Positions 39,301-52,100 of a DNA stretch of 64,000 bases are shown one piece after another (the first letter of the stretch is position 1; the number at the start of each line of letters is the position of its first letter). A model generated the notes under the pieces. The model saw only the letters and a list, made by a program, of their open reading frames with translations. It did no database searches and was not told where the DNA came from. Both the position numbers and the translations under genes were made by a program. Origin of the DNA: Balanoglossus misakiensis (taxonomy: Eukaryota > Animalia > Hemichordata); NCBI GenBank assembly GCA_040954595.2, contig CM082584.2:8633146-8697145 (forward strand), read 5' to 3'.

Positions 39301-41189
39301 TTACCATAGTTTACACTTTTATTGTGTGGACACGCGAAATTAAACAGCGTTTCCAACGTACCTAAGACGTATTTTAATGACATGGCCAAATTAAATATGC
39401 AACAGTTGTCGGGAGCTTTGCGCAAAAAAAAACCCCAGACGGTGTTCATGACGAACTATCTTTCACTTCCGCGTCGAGTTTAAAGAGGAACACAAAATGA
39501 CACACGCCTTTGGGATGTGTTCGGAACGCCGGGGAACTGACGTGTATGAGAGCTGGCAGTTAAATTTTAACAGCATTCTTACATGGGAGACTAGAATTAT
39601 TTAACATTCCAACACTGGCAGTGAATTCGAATCACTTTCCCACGAATTTTCCTTGGGATATCTGAAACATCAAAACATCCCACCTTGTTTAACCCAGCCC
39701 GTGACAAAAGATGACCACGAAGGCAATAAATATAATGTTATTCGTCGGTAAATGACCCTTGAAACAGAGTCCATGCTGTTTTGAAACAGAGTTCATAGGG
39801 TTTCAAAAGCTCGTGCAAATATGTTTTGTATGTTCGTTACTTGTATTCAAAAGGGCTCTACATAGAACTGTCTGGTTATTGCCGTACTACACAATGATAA
39901 GTATTTTATTTCCCTTCAAAACACAATTGGTTAGGCGCTATACACGTATTTGGTTTTTCCAGAGTGCGATCAAGCTGATTAAAATTAGATGACTGTAGAG
40001 TTTGCGTTGTCTTTCGCTCTATAATGATCGTTTTAGCTTTCTCTTTCGCTTGGACAATTTTGATGACTTTCATTTCACTATATCTAATATCCGGCGATTA
40101 AATTCAATTTGTTGCCAATTGTCAGTGAAAGAGGTTTAATCTGAAAAAAAAGTAATTTGCACGAGAGTGGGGAGAGAGAGACACACACAATCTGTCCAGC
40201 ACAACATCGAAATATAGAAATAGGCCTATAAACTGGTCCAGAATATCTGCGTTTTGAAAAGGTTGGTTGCTCCAAGTTGTATGTTTTATTTCGACCAAGA
40301 GACTGGACAGTTATGGGCAGTGCCAAAGTTTCGCGCAACATGCAATTTTTTGACATTTTATCGACATAATATGAACTAACGTCGGCGTGAGAGCGTGACA
40401 ATTGGGTAAGTGGTTGGAAATATTAAGTCATCAAATCGGCGCAGTGGCATATGTGAATTTCCAATGCGACTAAATCATAACATTTACAAGCAGTAGCGCG
40501 ATGTTTATTCATTCTAAAGTGATAATTCCAACTTGATTAAAGATATTCGGTTGCCTATACAAATTTAGCTACAGTTATCATTTCAAATTGAGAGTTACTG
40601 GGGATTTAGAGGTACGTCTCCTGCCTTCGCACCATTTCCCCCTAATAAAGCGAAGATTTACAGACCCGTGTACGTGCAATGTCCCCCGTCATCGCAACAA
40701 CAATTCGGCAGATATAAAAAATCGTGAGTCTTTTTCTGAAAAGGGAAGTTGAACATAATAACGTTTTGAGTATTTCATTTAATGGGCCAGGGAGAATGGT
40801 TCGTTTGCTTCCAGCTTTTCCACTTTATTTGATCAAACACCTAAAGCAATAACAGTGTATGAAGAGCTTCCGCAAAGAGTTTGAACCAAAAAGTGGTATG
40901 ATGTTATTATATGCTGCTTAGTTTTTAGACCTATATGCTTCTGTGTATTCAAAAAGACTCGTAATAGCAAAATAATTGAATGATTAATTTGCGAAAGACT
41001 GCAAACACTAAATGAAACTTTGAACAGGAGCAAAGATCGTTGTGATTGCGGTCTTTTGTGATAAACGTTACATTAGATTACTATCGTCTTCAGATTTTAA
41101 CACCAATATCCGAAACTTCAAAACATCCCGCAGAAAATCACCAATGACATTTTATATGGTTTAAAAGAATATAATTAGTATTCAGCATC

Positions 41190-41630
41190 TATGCTAGTCA
41201 CGTGATGCGCAGTTAAGTGACGTCAAACCACGATACACCTGGCAAGTGGTGTACGCATGACAGATCAGAGCGCGTGCCTGTGTTGAGTTTTAAGGTGCGT
41301 TATGCTCGAGCACATTTTAATTCTACAAAGTTTCAATCGTGCATTCTGTGTTTTCAACTGCCAACTCGGTGACATATTTAACCAACAGGTAAAGGTCGAC
41401 CCGTGTCTGGTGTCCGGGCTTGCGCACTCTACTTCTGCATTGTCCCTATTGGGGTCATCCCGGGGGTCATCCTCAGGTAACCCCGATTGAGCTGACCGAC
41501 GCGTCCGATCAGCCATTTTGATTCTGATTTCCTGAAGTCCGGGGGGTCAACGAGTGTTAAACCTGTGTGAGTGTCGGGGACTGACGTCAGAGCAACCGAA
41601 CCAGCGTCAAAACTTATCGCCGCGTTACAG
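41190..41630 (+). promoter_or_regulatory. Candidate promoter and non-coding first exon of the second PTP gene
   Basis: CpG-rich segment with an E-box CACGTG (~41199), two perfect CRE palindromes TGACGTCA (41218-25, 41582-89) and a strong donor acag|gtaaag after 41630. An in-frame stop upstream means it would be UTR. Confidence 0.4.
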
Positions 41631-42550
41631 GTAAAGTATAACGTTCTCGTAAAATAATACTCAGCCGAAAAGCCTGCTTAAAACCACCACATGATTGCAT
41701 TTAAAGTGCCCACTTGTTGGGTTCAGCCAGGTAGAGACGATTTTTACTACTGCAATAACTGCGGCGTCGGATATAAATTTAGAAGGAAGTCAACCTTGCA
41801 AAAATATGTCGATATGGTCCTGTAACCCCGGAAGTATGTATATTCTCTTTTGGCTTTTTACGCCTGTTTTCATAAAACTTATACTGTTGGATATTGTGAC
41901 ACTCAAAGAGTGGTAAATTGGGCAATATCCGGTGAAACTTTGGACAGCAGTTAAATGACAGAATGTCTCCTTAATTGATCATAATAGACTAATGCCAATG
42001 GACGATCAACGTCGAACATTAATTGCATGTAATGTAAATCTGTCATTTTTTAACACAACATACTAGATAGGTGTACGCGACAGAGAATTTTTTTTACAAA
42101 TTTACCTTTACACCATGACAAACACTTTGTTATTATTTTAATCGCCCCCCCCCCCCGTGTACCCTTGCTGCACTGATTCCAGGAATTCCCCGACCTTCGT
42201 GAACAATGCCTGCGGCGACTCCGTTCCAAGTGTCAATGATACAGTATTGATCACAAGCTAGAATTCACTATAGGTAAAATAATTTTACCAGGGATGGTAA
42301 TTTGTGTTGGACTGTGATTGTTTGCAAATTGTCCCTTTTTCAGAAAATGGGAAAACACAATAATTCGTTTTGGGCGTTATTTTAAGTAATTTATCATTCG
42401 TTGTCAGTAGTGTTGTTCTGTGTACTCAGCCGTGGCATAACTTCACACTTTAATCGAACGCAAACTCACACACGCATGATGGTATTTGTGATCTGTGTTC
42501 CTGTTTTCACGTATAAAGGGCCACCGAATACCCGACATGCTAAGTCTTAA

Positions 42551-42633
42551 CCCTTTCACCACCATGGTTCAGTCCAAACCCATTGTTTTCTATGGTATGG
42601 TTGGACCTCTAAAGAGGGAACCGTGGGGGGGGG
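42551..42633 (+). mobile_element. TTAA MITE copy lacking the right TIR
   Basis: ttaa|ccctttcaccaccatggttcagtccaaacccattgttttctatggtatggttggacctctaaagagggaaccgtgggggggg, then unrelated sequence. Confidence 0.75.
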
Positions 42634-43431
42634 GATCTTATGACCAGCAATTCAATATGCGTGTATTGGCAACGGTGCGCATGACCAGTTGTGCAAAATC
42701 TCTTAGACTACCTGCGACCTCGACCAACCCCCGATGTGTCAGATCAGTGGCGTAAATAAACAACTAACATTGATAACAATTGCCTACTTCCTGGTGTAGA
42801 CAGCAGTGTAAAGTTTAATCGTCTCACCTTGATATCACATTCCTCTGCTCTACATGTTTATGGATGTGAAAGTTCACCTGTGTTGGGAAAAGCTTACATT
42901 AACATGACAATAGTAGTCTTTTCACCTCCTCAAATTGTATTTTCCACCGTCACCAGCAATTTGAGTTGATATTTAACTCCATGTATCTTGAGACCCTTGA
43001 CCTTAAAACCGAATCGAAACTTTAAACTACTCGTAGACTTTGAGTATTATACATGCCATCGACATTTTAAATTTGGGCTGATTTCCACTAATATTAATAT
43101 GTGACAGTTCCATTAATCGTTAAATGCCAAAAATCTGACCTTGAAATTCAATTTTATCACTCAATTTGGTAGGAAAACCTATTTAAGATAATGCATTGAT
43201 ATTTATATCACGCAATCTAGGACGAAATCGTGACCGATTGACTTCCTTGTGTTAACTACATCGTCAATATTAACAATGTAAAGCCACAGATTATCACAGG
43301 TAACAAACGCTTGTCCAGCTGCACCCCCCCCTAATGCTAGTACGCCCACTTGGCATGTGTCCGTCAGTATTGGCGCGCTTGAAATAGCTGAAGATTTCGT
43401 GCTCGTTTGTTTTGTTACAGCACAACACAAA

Positions 43432-46400
43432 ATGGCAGACGACGGACTAATCGCAGCCTTAATGGTTATGTTAGTGTTGCTTCTGTTGATTGTTTTGACC
43501 TTACTCCTGATATACTCCATTCAAAAGTAAGTCTATACAGTTTTATTAGTAAAGTTTACATGTAATCATATATGTATGTAGAAAATTGTACGTCAAGAGT
43601 ACCTATGCATCCCATCACTAGGATTTTTGTCGCTCAGTCAATTTAATTTCGGACAAGTCACTTATAATTTCGTACAAACACATATCCATATTTAATGTAG
43701 GTGATTAACCATGGACGGTGTTGTGTTGGCTAGTTGCATTGGCTTTCATATACCGGAAAATGTTCTTGTGATTTCGTCACTTTCTTGAAACTTTCACGAA
43801 AGACTCGGTACAGGATGTCATCTCAAAAAAGTGTCCAGAAAAGTGGTGTCACCATGCTAAATCACAAGATTGGCGGATCAAATTATTTGTTTCTTTACAT
43901 GATTTTTTTACAATATTAAAACGCATTTCTGATTTCAAGGGGCTGGCTAAAGACCAACGTTGGGTGTATACAGAAACTTTTGGTGAGCAGTGATCCACCT
44001 GACAACAATGCCCCAGGTAAGAAAGTGATTTATTTGGTGGACTGATGGCAATGTCTTTGTGGTCGATAGGTTCAACGTTGCGTGTTTTACGGTTTTCGTA
44101 TTCAGCTGTCCTGCCTTCTGACTAATTTTGTCAAATACAGAAATCAGTATTTTTTCTGCAAAAACGCGAAATTGTAGCATGCAGTTAGCATCTAGGGCCT
44201 ATTGTCACATTCACAATTCGCAGGCCGAACAACACCGTCAGAAACTGGTACACCATTGATGGAGGAAACCCGCGTTTATGATGAACCCGACCCGGCAGTT
44301 GTTCGCGCAGTTTCGGACCGAGAACGGAGGCGCAGTCCCGTGACGAGTGTTCCGGTGAGAACGCTGGTGCGTGTGGACAGCCTAGCGGAATACATCCGCA
44401 AAAAGAGAGCCAAAAACAAGATCAAAGAGGAGTATCATGTAAGCAAACATATCACCACTCTTTTGATATCAGTACTTTCGATCGTTAAACCATGTAGGCC
44501 TACAATACCAAAGTAATATTCAGTTCAGAAATTTTTATTTATATAACTCATGACATATGAGTGAAACGGACCGAGCGAAAGTAATGAAACACGTGTCTGT
44601 TGTCTAACACCCAGAGACTTCCGGGACCAAAGTACGCATCTACCGATGTTGGATCTGAAGATGCAAACAGACCCAAGAATCGCTTCAAGAACATCATAAC
44701 ATGTGAGGATGCTATACATTGTATTTCGTGTTGTTTTCTTGTTTTGTTTCAAATGTTTTTATTTATTGTACTTATCCTCGTCCTGATCGTCGTCGTCGTC
44801 ATCATCATCATTTTCCTTAATTTTCATCAATAACATCCATCCTTTTGTTAAAATTCAGACGATCATTCCAGGGTGATACTAGAGACTATAGATGATATTC
44901 CGCATTCCGATTACATCAACGCCTCCTATATTGATGTAAGTTGTATATTCACTCATTTTAGATGCAGAAATGTTAATATGAAAATATGTTAATTTTTCAC
45001 GGAATTAACATCACGTGTAATACTTGTGTTGTGCATCCATTGAAAGGAGTCATTTTACCTGCTTCAATCCTTTTCACATCTTCAAACCCCGAAACCAAAA
45101 GTAATTGAGACAAAATTCAATATTTCGCGCTGTGATTCATTTTACTTATAAAAACCAAAAATAAATGAAAGTCGGTAACACATTCTTTGTTTGAATATAC
45201 AATTTTTTTTCCTGTGCAGGGTTACCAGAAAGAGAAAGCATATATATGTACTCAAGGTAAAGACATGTCAATTACTTGTATTTTATTTTTCCATCTAATG
45301 TTGAGTTGTTTGTTTGTTTGTTTTTCAGTGCAGATTTTAAAGTTCCGCTATCTGTCATTTTAGGCTACATGTTCTCTTCTGTCAGTTGTTCTGTTTATCA
45401 ACTTTCTTATTCGCTTTCTTGAACATTGAATTGGTTATTTTTGTCTCATATGTCGTCCTGGAGGCTGAGACCTTGTATAAAATTGCACAAAAAAGTACAT
45501 TGTGATTATTTACTCTTTCAGGACCCAAAAAAGAAACCATAAACGACTTCTGGAGAATGGTGTGGGAGAAAAACTCAGTTTCGATCTTGATGGCTACCAA
45601 CATATACGAACAAGGAAGGGTTAGTTTATGCTTTTAAGTAAATCTAGATGTATTGCCTATACTTGCTGCTAAACACGAGCTGGCTCTCTAAGCATGAAAT
45701 GATAACAGACCAAGATTTTACGATTTTTTTTCATCGTGATATACATGTATATGCGCAAACTTTAGCTTGCATTTCTATTACACATTTGTTTCGCGTAGTA
45801 TATATACAGTGCTGTCCACACTTGTCGGATGTGTTTCCTAACACAACAACCATATCTGTTCAATCCAGGAACGGTGTGCTCCATACTGGCCTGAACCGGC
45901 GGCCGGCGAAACGGCGTATGGAGACATCATTGTGCAGAACACCAGAGAGGAGTTCTTTGCCGACTCCGTGATCAGGACGTTTCGAGTCAAGCGGGTGAGT
46001 TCAAAGGTCACATGAAAAAAACCCGAGTGATGTCGATTTAACACGACATGGCTACACGTAGGAGGTGTGAAAGACCGAAATAATACGAGTTAGTCATAGA
46101 AAGTAACATGCATGTAGAAAATACAAGCTACATTTCAAGAGATGTGTCTAGAAAAATATGCACTATACACCTCTGATGACGGAAGCAGAATTATTGTTTA
46201 TATCATCGCCGATCTTCCAATACGTTATCTTTTCAACAGGGATCATCAATACGTGAAGTCAAACAATTTCAGTACACGACATGGCCTGACATGGATGTGC
46301 CGCAGTATCCGTCCGCCATACTTTCATTCCTGAGGCGAATCAATGAGTACACTCCTCGGAACGCTGGGCCATGGATAGTCCATTGCAGGTATGAGAACTC

Positions 46401-48950
46401 ACTACAATAGGCCATTTTCAGAGCTCCACATCTTAATTATATTCGTTTGATAGAACGACCGTATCTACTAGTACGTCACACATGAAAATTTTACTGCCAT
46501 TTCCCGGAAGTACGAATAATTACAATTTCCCCTTCAAATGCAGTTGTATGGGAGATTTCGAGACAATTCTCCCTCAAATAGTATAAGAGAATTCGAAAGT
46601 TTCAGGGTTATCTTTTTCCTCTCCGCGATATCCCCATTGAACTATTTCACCAGATGGTGAAACTTAAGCAGAGGGATGCAAGTATTTCTTTTGTGTCTTA
46701 TAAAACGGTTCCATTCTATAAATATACTTCATTTAAAGCACGAAAATATTGAATCACTGATTTCACGATCAATTATGTCTCACAATGTTTTCTTGTAAAA
46801 GTGCCGGCGTGGGTCGAAGTGGAACATTTGTGACAATCGACGCCATGATGAAAATGGCGGACGCTGAGGACGAGATCGACATTTACAAATTCGTTGAAGC
46901 GGGAAGACAAAACAGACCACAGTTTGTTCAAGTTCTTGTGAGTATCATAATCCAAGCGGTCCAAAGTAAAAAGTTTCCTTTTACAAAATGATCAACTGGT
47001 ACAGTGAATTGTAAACTTTTTTTCAGACTAAAGTCAACATCTTTTTATCGCACAGTGGTTCCAATCGTGTTAACGTATAAAGTGGTGATTCGACACTTGA
47101 ACGTTATTTTGGTTTTCATTTGACCACGGTTCTCTATATTCACGCAGGCACAATACAATTTCATACACACTGTACTGTTGGAGGTAACTCTGTGTGGAAT
47201 AACAGAAATATCAACCACAGATTTACATATCAAGATGAAACAGCTTAAGAGCTTGGATTCCCGATCACAAAGGACCGGTTTCCAGAAAGAATTTCAGGTG
47301 GTACATCTTTCCGTTGTTTTCCTCAGTGTCATGTTTAATGTAGTATTGATTATGTGTCTTGTAAGCTTTTTTTTATTAATTTCTATTTCAAACATATTCT
47401 TTTGCACGTGTCATGCTAAAAAGTTATCGTGTTTTTGCTAGTGGAACAGAAGGTTACACAAACATACTGGAAAAAGGAAAGTTGTTGATTCAACCGCATA
47501 GTTGTGGATAATGGTATTACTCAATTTCCAAAGTCTAAGAAGGGGGAAGAATTCTGAATCTTATTTGTCGTTTAAGCTCTGGTATTTCTTCCCGTTTAGA
47601 ACTTGGACAAAATATGCTTTCCGCCGAAGTCTGGAGAATGTGATAGTGGCAAACTCCCGGAAAACATAAAAAAGAACCGCTATCCCGATTTCTTGCCAAG
47701 TAAGATAATATTATACACATGTTTCCGCTGGTTCAGCTTCTTCAATTTTACAGCGGACTTGATTTCAAACCTAAGAGTATACATACTGTGGTAAAATAAC
47801 AAAAACCGATTAGCAAATATAAACTTGATATTATCCTTCTGCATCTAGAAGAGTCAACGAGACCGTTTTTGATGACTGTCGTCGATGATCCATCAGCTAC
47901 GGATTACATAAATGCCAGTTTCCTGCAAGTAAGTCTTTCTTTGTTTATGAAAATTAAATCTGGGAAAATGGACAACTGAGCAGGAAGATACCCGTACACT
48001 TTACTGACAAGTTACATTACTGGGATCGGCCCTTGTAAGTCAATCCAGAATGTGACCCTCCTTTCGTTATATTCAAGACTGGGTACTACAACTATGCATC
48101 ACCCTGCGATAAACACCTTTCGTTCCTAGGGTTACATGCGCAAGGATGCGTACCTGGCAACGCAGATGCCACTGAAAAATACCGTTGTGGATTTCTGGAG
48201 GATGGTATATGATTACAAATCACAGACTATCGTCATGCTCAATGATATGGAATCTGAAGACTTGGTGAGATAACTGTCTCGTTGAAATACACATTCTTAC
48301 TGGTCTTTGTGAATGACGTTTCCATACCGTGTATTCTCCACGTGTTTGTAGAAATAACATTTAAGACTGTGACAGAGCTCCATGACCTCTGGCAGCGATC
48401 TTTGCCGCACGGAAGTGATTTTAGTAAGTGATGCGGCGTATTCTGCGGGCTTACTTGTTATGTCTGTAAATCGTGCATCAAGATATATGATAAAATATAG
48501 TCATTTGAGGTGATTTATATCGCAGGGTCAGGGAAAATACTGGCGAGACGAAAGAACGCAACAGTTTGGGCCGTTCCGTGTCGAAGTCTTGTCTCACACG
48601 TCCTCGAGTGGTTGTGACATTAGAAAAATGAAACTGACGAACAGCCACAAAAGCGTAAGTCTGATTTGTCTTAAATATTTCTCGGCGTATGTAAGGGTTT
48701 GCTACAATTTGTCATGACCCCTGTTTATAGCCATGACGACAAATTGAAGTGTTAGCATGTTCACCTTTGACATCGATACTGTGATCTTGGTCTTTCAGGA
48801 GGCCCCAATGTACATCCAGCATTTTTGTCTAGTAGATTGGCCACCTAGAGACAGTGTACCGTCATCTGCCGCAACCATAGTTGAGCTGATCTCAAATGTC
48901 GAGAGAGCACAGCAAGCTTCCGGAAATCATCCAATCGTTGTCCATTGCAA
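43432..48950 (+). CDS. Membrane-anchored tandem-domain protein tyrosine phosphatase with minimal ectodomain; 3' end not in window
   Basis: Exons: 43432-43526 ([32 protein letters not shown]), 43940-44016, 44224-44438, 44615-44702, 44859-44935, 45220-45256, 45522-45619, 45869-45994, 46240-46388, 46802-46937, 47148-47297, 47600-47699, 47849-47928, 48130-48264, 48526-48654, 48799-48950. All GT-AG and phase-compatible, with no stops. D1: [47 protein letters not shown]2: KNRYPDF, DYINASF, YLATQMP, ...IVVHC at the last visible donor. Confidence 0.9.
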
Positions 48951-49001
48951 GTAAGGGCGCAAGATTTTAAACATTTTAATGAAAACAACATAGTTCAAAT
49001 A

Positions 49002-49041
<40 letters not shown>

Positions 49042-49132
49042 CTGTCTGTCCGTCTCTCTGTCTGGCTGTCTGTCTGTCTGTCTGTCTGTCTGCGTGCGTG
49101 CGTGTGTGTGTGTGTGTGAATGTATGTATGCA
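49002..49132. repeat. (TCTG)n/(GT)n compound microsatellite abutting the satellite array
   Basis: tgtctgtc repeats, then gcgt, gt and atgt repeats, read directly. Confidence 0.93.
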
Positions 49133-49135
49133 TGT

Positions 49136-52100
49136 ATTTTTCGACGTTGCGAAATCTCAAAATTTCTTTATTTTTTGAAAAAAATCATGGGTTATATCTC
49201 ATGAAAATCATCCAAAAATGACAATTTTTCGACTTCGCGAATTTTCAAAATTTCTTCATTTTTTGAAAAAAATCTTGGGTTTATAGCTCATGAAAATCAT
49301 CCAAAAATGACAATTTTTCGACTTTACGAATTTTCAAAATTTCTTCATTTTTTGAAAAAAATCTTGGGTTTATAGCTCATGAAAATCATCCAAAAATGAC
49401 AATTTTTCGACTTTGCGAAATCTCAAAATTTCTTCGATTTTTGAAAAAAATCATGGGTTATAGCTCATGAAAATCATCCAAAAATGACAATTTTTCGACT
49501 TTGCGAATTTACAAAATTTCTTCGATTTTTGAAGAAAATCATGGGTTATAGCTCATAAAAATCATCCAAAAATGAGAATTTTTCGACTTTGCGAATTTTC
49601 AAAATTTCTTCGATTTATGATAAAAATCATGGGTTATAGCTCATGAAAATCATCCAAGAATGACAATTTTTCGACTTGGCTAATTTTCAAATTTTTTTCG
49701 ATTTTTAATAAAAATCATGGGTTTTTTGATAAAAATCATGGGTTATAGCTCATGAAAATCATCCGAAAATGACAATTTTTCGACTTCCCGGAATTTCAAA
49801 ATTTCTTCGATTTTTGATAAAAACCATGGGTTATAGCTCATGAAAATCATCCGAAAATGACAATTTTTCGACTTCCCGGAATTTCAAAATTTCTTCGATT
49901 TTTGATAAAAACCATGGGTTATAGCTCATGAAAATCATCCGAAAATGACAATTTTTCGACTTCCCGGAATTTCAAAATTTCTTCGATTTTTGATAAAAAC
50001 CATGGGTTATAGCTCATGAAAATCATCCGAAAATGACAATTTTTCGACTTCCCGGAATTTCAAAATTTCTTCGATTTTTGATAAAAACCATGGGTTATAG
50101 CTCATGAAAATCATCCGAAAATGACAATTTTTCGACTTCCCGGAATTTCAAAATTTCTTCGATTTTTGATAAAAACCATGGGTTATAGCTCATGAAAATC
50201 ATCCGAAAATGACAATTTTTCGACTTCCCGGAATTTCAAAATTTCTTCGATTTTTGATAAAAACCATGGGTTATAGCTCATGAAAATCATCCGAAAATGA
50301 CAATTTTTCGACTTCCCGGAATTTCAAAATTTCTTCGATTTTTGATAAAAACCATGGGTTATAGCTCATGAAAATCATCCGAAAATGACAATTTTTCGAC
50401 TTCCCGCAATTTCAAAATTTCTTCGATTTTTGATAAAAACCATGGGTTATAGCTCATGAAAATCATCCGAAAATGACAATTTTTCGACTTCCCGGAATTT
50501 CAAAATATCTTCGATTTTTGATAAAAACCATGGGTTATAGCTCATGAAAATCATCCGAAAATGACAATTTTTCGACTTCCCGGATTTTCAAAATTTCTTC
50601 GATTTTTGAGAAAAACCATGGGTTATAGCTCATGAAAATCATCCGAAAATGACAATTTTTCGACTTCCCGGAATTTCAAAATTTCATCGATTTTCGACAA
50701 AAACCATGGGTTATAGCTCAGGAAATCGTCCGAAAATGACGATTTTTCGACTTCCCGGAATTTCAAAATTTCATCGATTTTCGACAAAAACCATGGGTTA
50801 TAGCTCAGGAAATCGTCCAAAAATGACGTTTTTCGACTTCCCGGAATTTCAAAATTTCATCGATTTTCGACAAAAACCATGGGTTATAGCTCAGGAAATC
50901 GTCCAAAAATGACGATTTTTCGACTTCCCGGAATTTCAAAATTTCATCGATTTTCGACAAAAACCATGGGTTATAGCTCAGGAAATCGTCCAAAAATGAC
51001 AATTTTTCGACTTCCCGGAATTTCAAAATTTCATCGATTTTCGACAAAAACCATGGTTATAGCTCAGGAAATCGTCCAAAAATGACAATTTTTCGACTTC
51101 CCGGAATTTCAAAATTTCATCGATTTTCGACAAAAACCATGGGTTATAGCTCAGGAAATCGTCCAAAAATGACAATTTTTCGACTTCCCGGAATTTCAAA
51201 ATTTCATCGATTTTCGACAAAAACCATGGGTTATAGCTCAGGAAATCGTCCAAAAATGACAATTTTTCGACTTCCCGGAATTTCAAAATTTCATCGATTT
51301 TCGACAAAAACCATGGGTTATAGCTCAGGAAATCGTCCAAAAATGACGATTTTTCGACTTCCCGCAATTTCAAAATTTCATCGATTTTCGACAAAAACCA
51401 TGGGTTATAGCTCAGGAAATCGTCCAAAAATGACGATTTTTCGACTTCCCGCAATTTCAAAATTTCATCGATTTTCGACAAAAACCATGGGTTATAGCTC
51501 AGGAAATCGTCCAAAAATGACGATTTTTCGACTTCCCGCAATTTCAAAATTTCATCGATTTTCGACAAAAACCATGGGTTATAGCTCAGGAAATCGTCCA
51601 AAAATGACGATTTTTCGACTTCCCGGAATTTCAAAATTTCATCGATTTTCGACAAAAACCATGGGTTATAGCTCAGGAAATCATCCAAAAATGACGATTT
51701 TTCGACTTCCCGCAATTTCAAAATTTCATCGATTTTCGAAAAAAATCATGGGTTATAGCTCATGAAAATCATCCAAAAATGACAATTTTTCGACTTTGCG
51801 AATTTACAAAATTTCTTCGATTTTTGAAGAAAATCATGGGTTATAGCTCATAAAAATCATCCAAAAATGAGAATTTTTCGACTTTGCGAATTTTCAAAAT
51901 TTCTTCGATTTATGATAAAAATCATGGGTTATAGCTCATGAAAATCATCCAAGAATGACAATTTTTCGACTTGGCTAATTTTCAAAATTTTTTCGATTTT
52001 TAATAAAAATCATGGGTTTTTTGATAAAAATCATGGGTTATAGCTCATGAAAATCATCCGAAAATGACAATTTTTCGACTTCCCGGAATTTCAAAATTTC

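Noticed and set aside
44615-48950. Identical exon sizes in the two PTP genes as proof of recent tandem duplication
   Set aside because: This exon-size pattern is broadly conserved across RPTPs, the proteins are clearly diverged and the introns show no evident similarity; it supports homology only.
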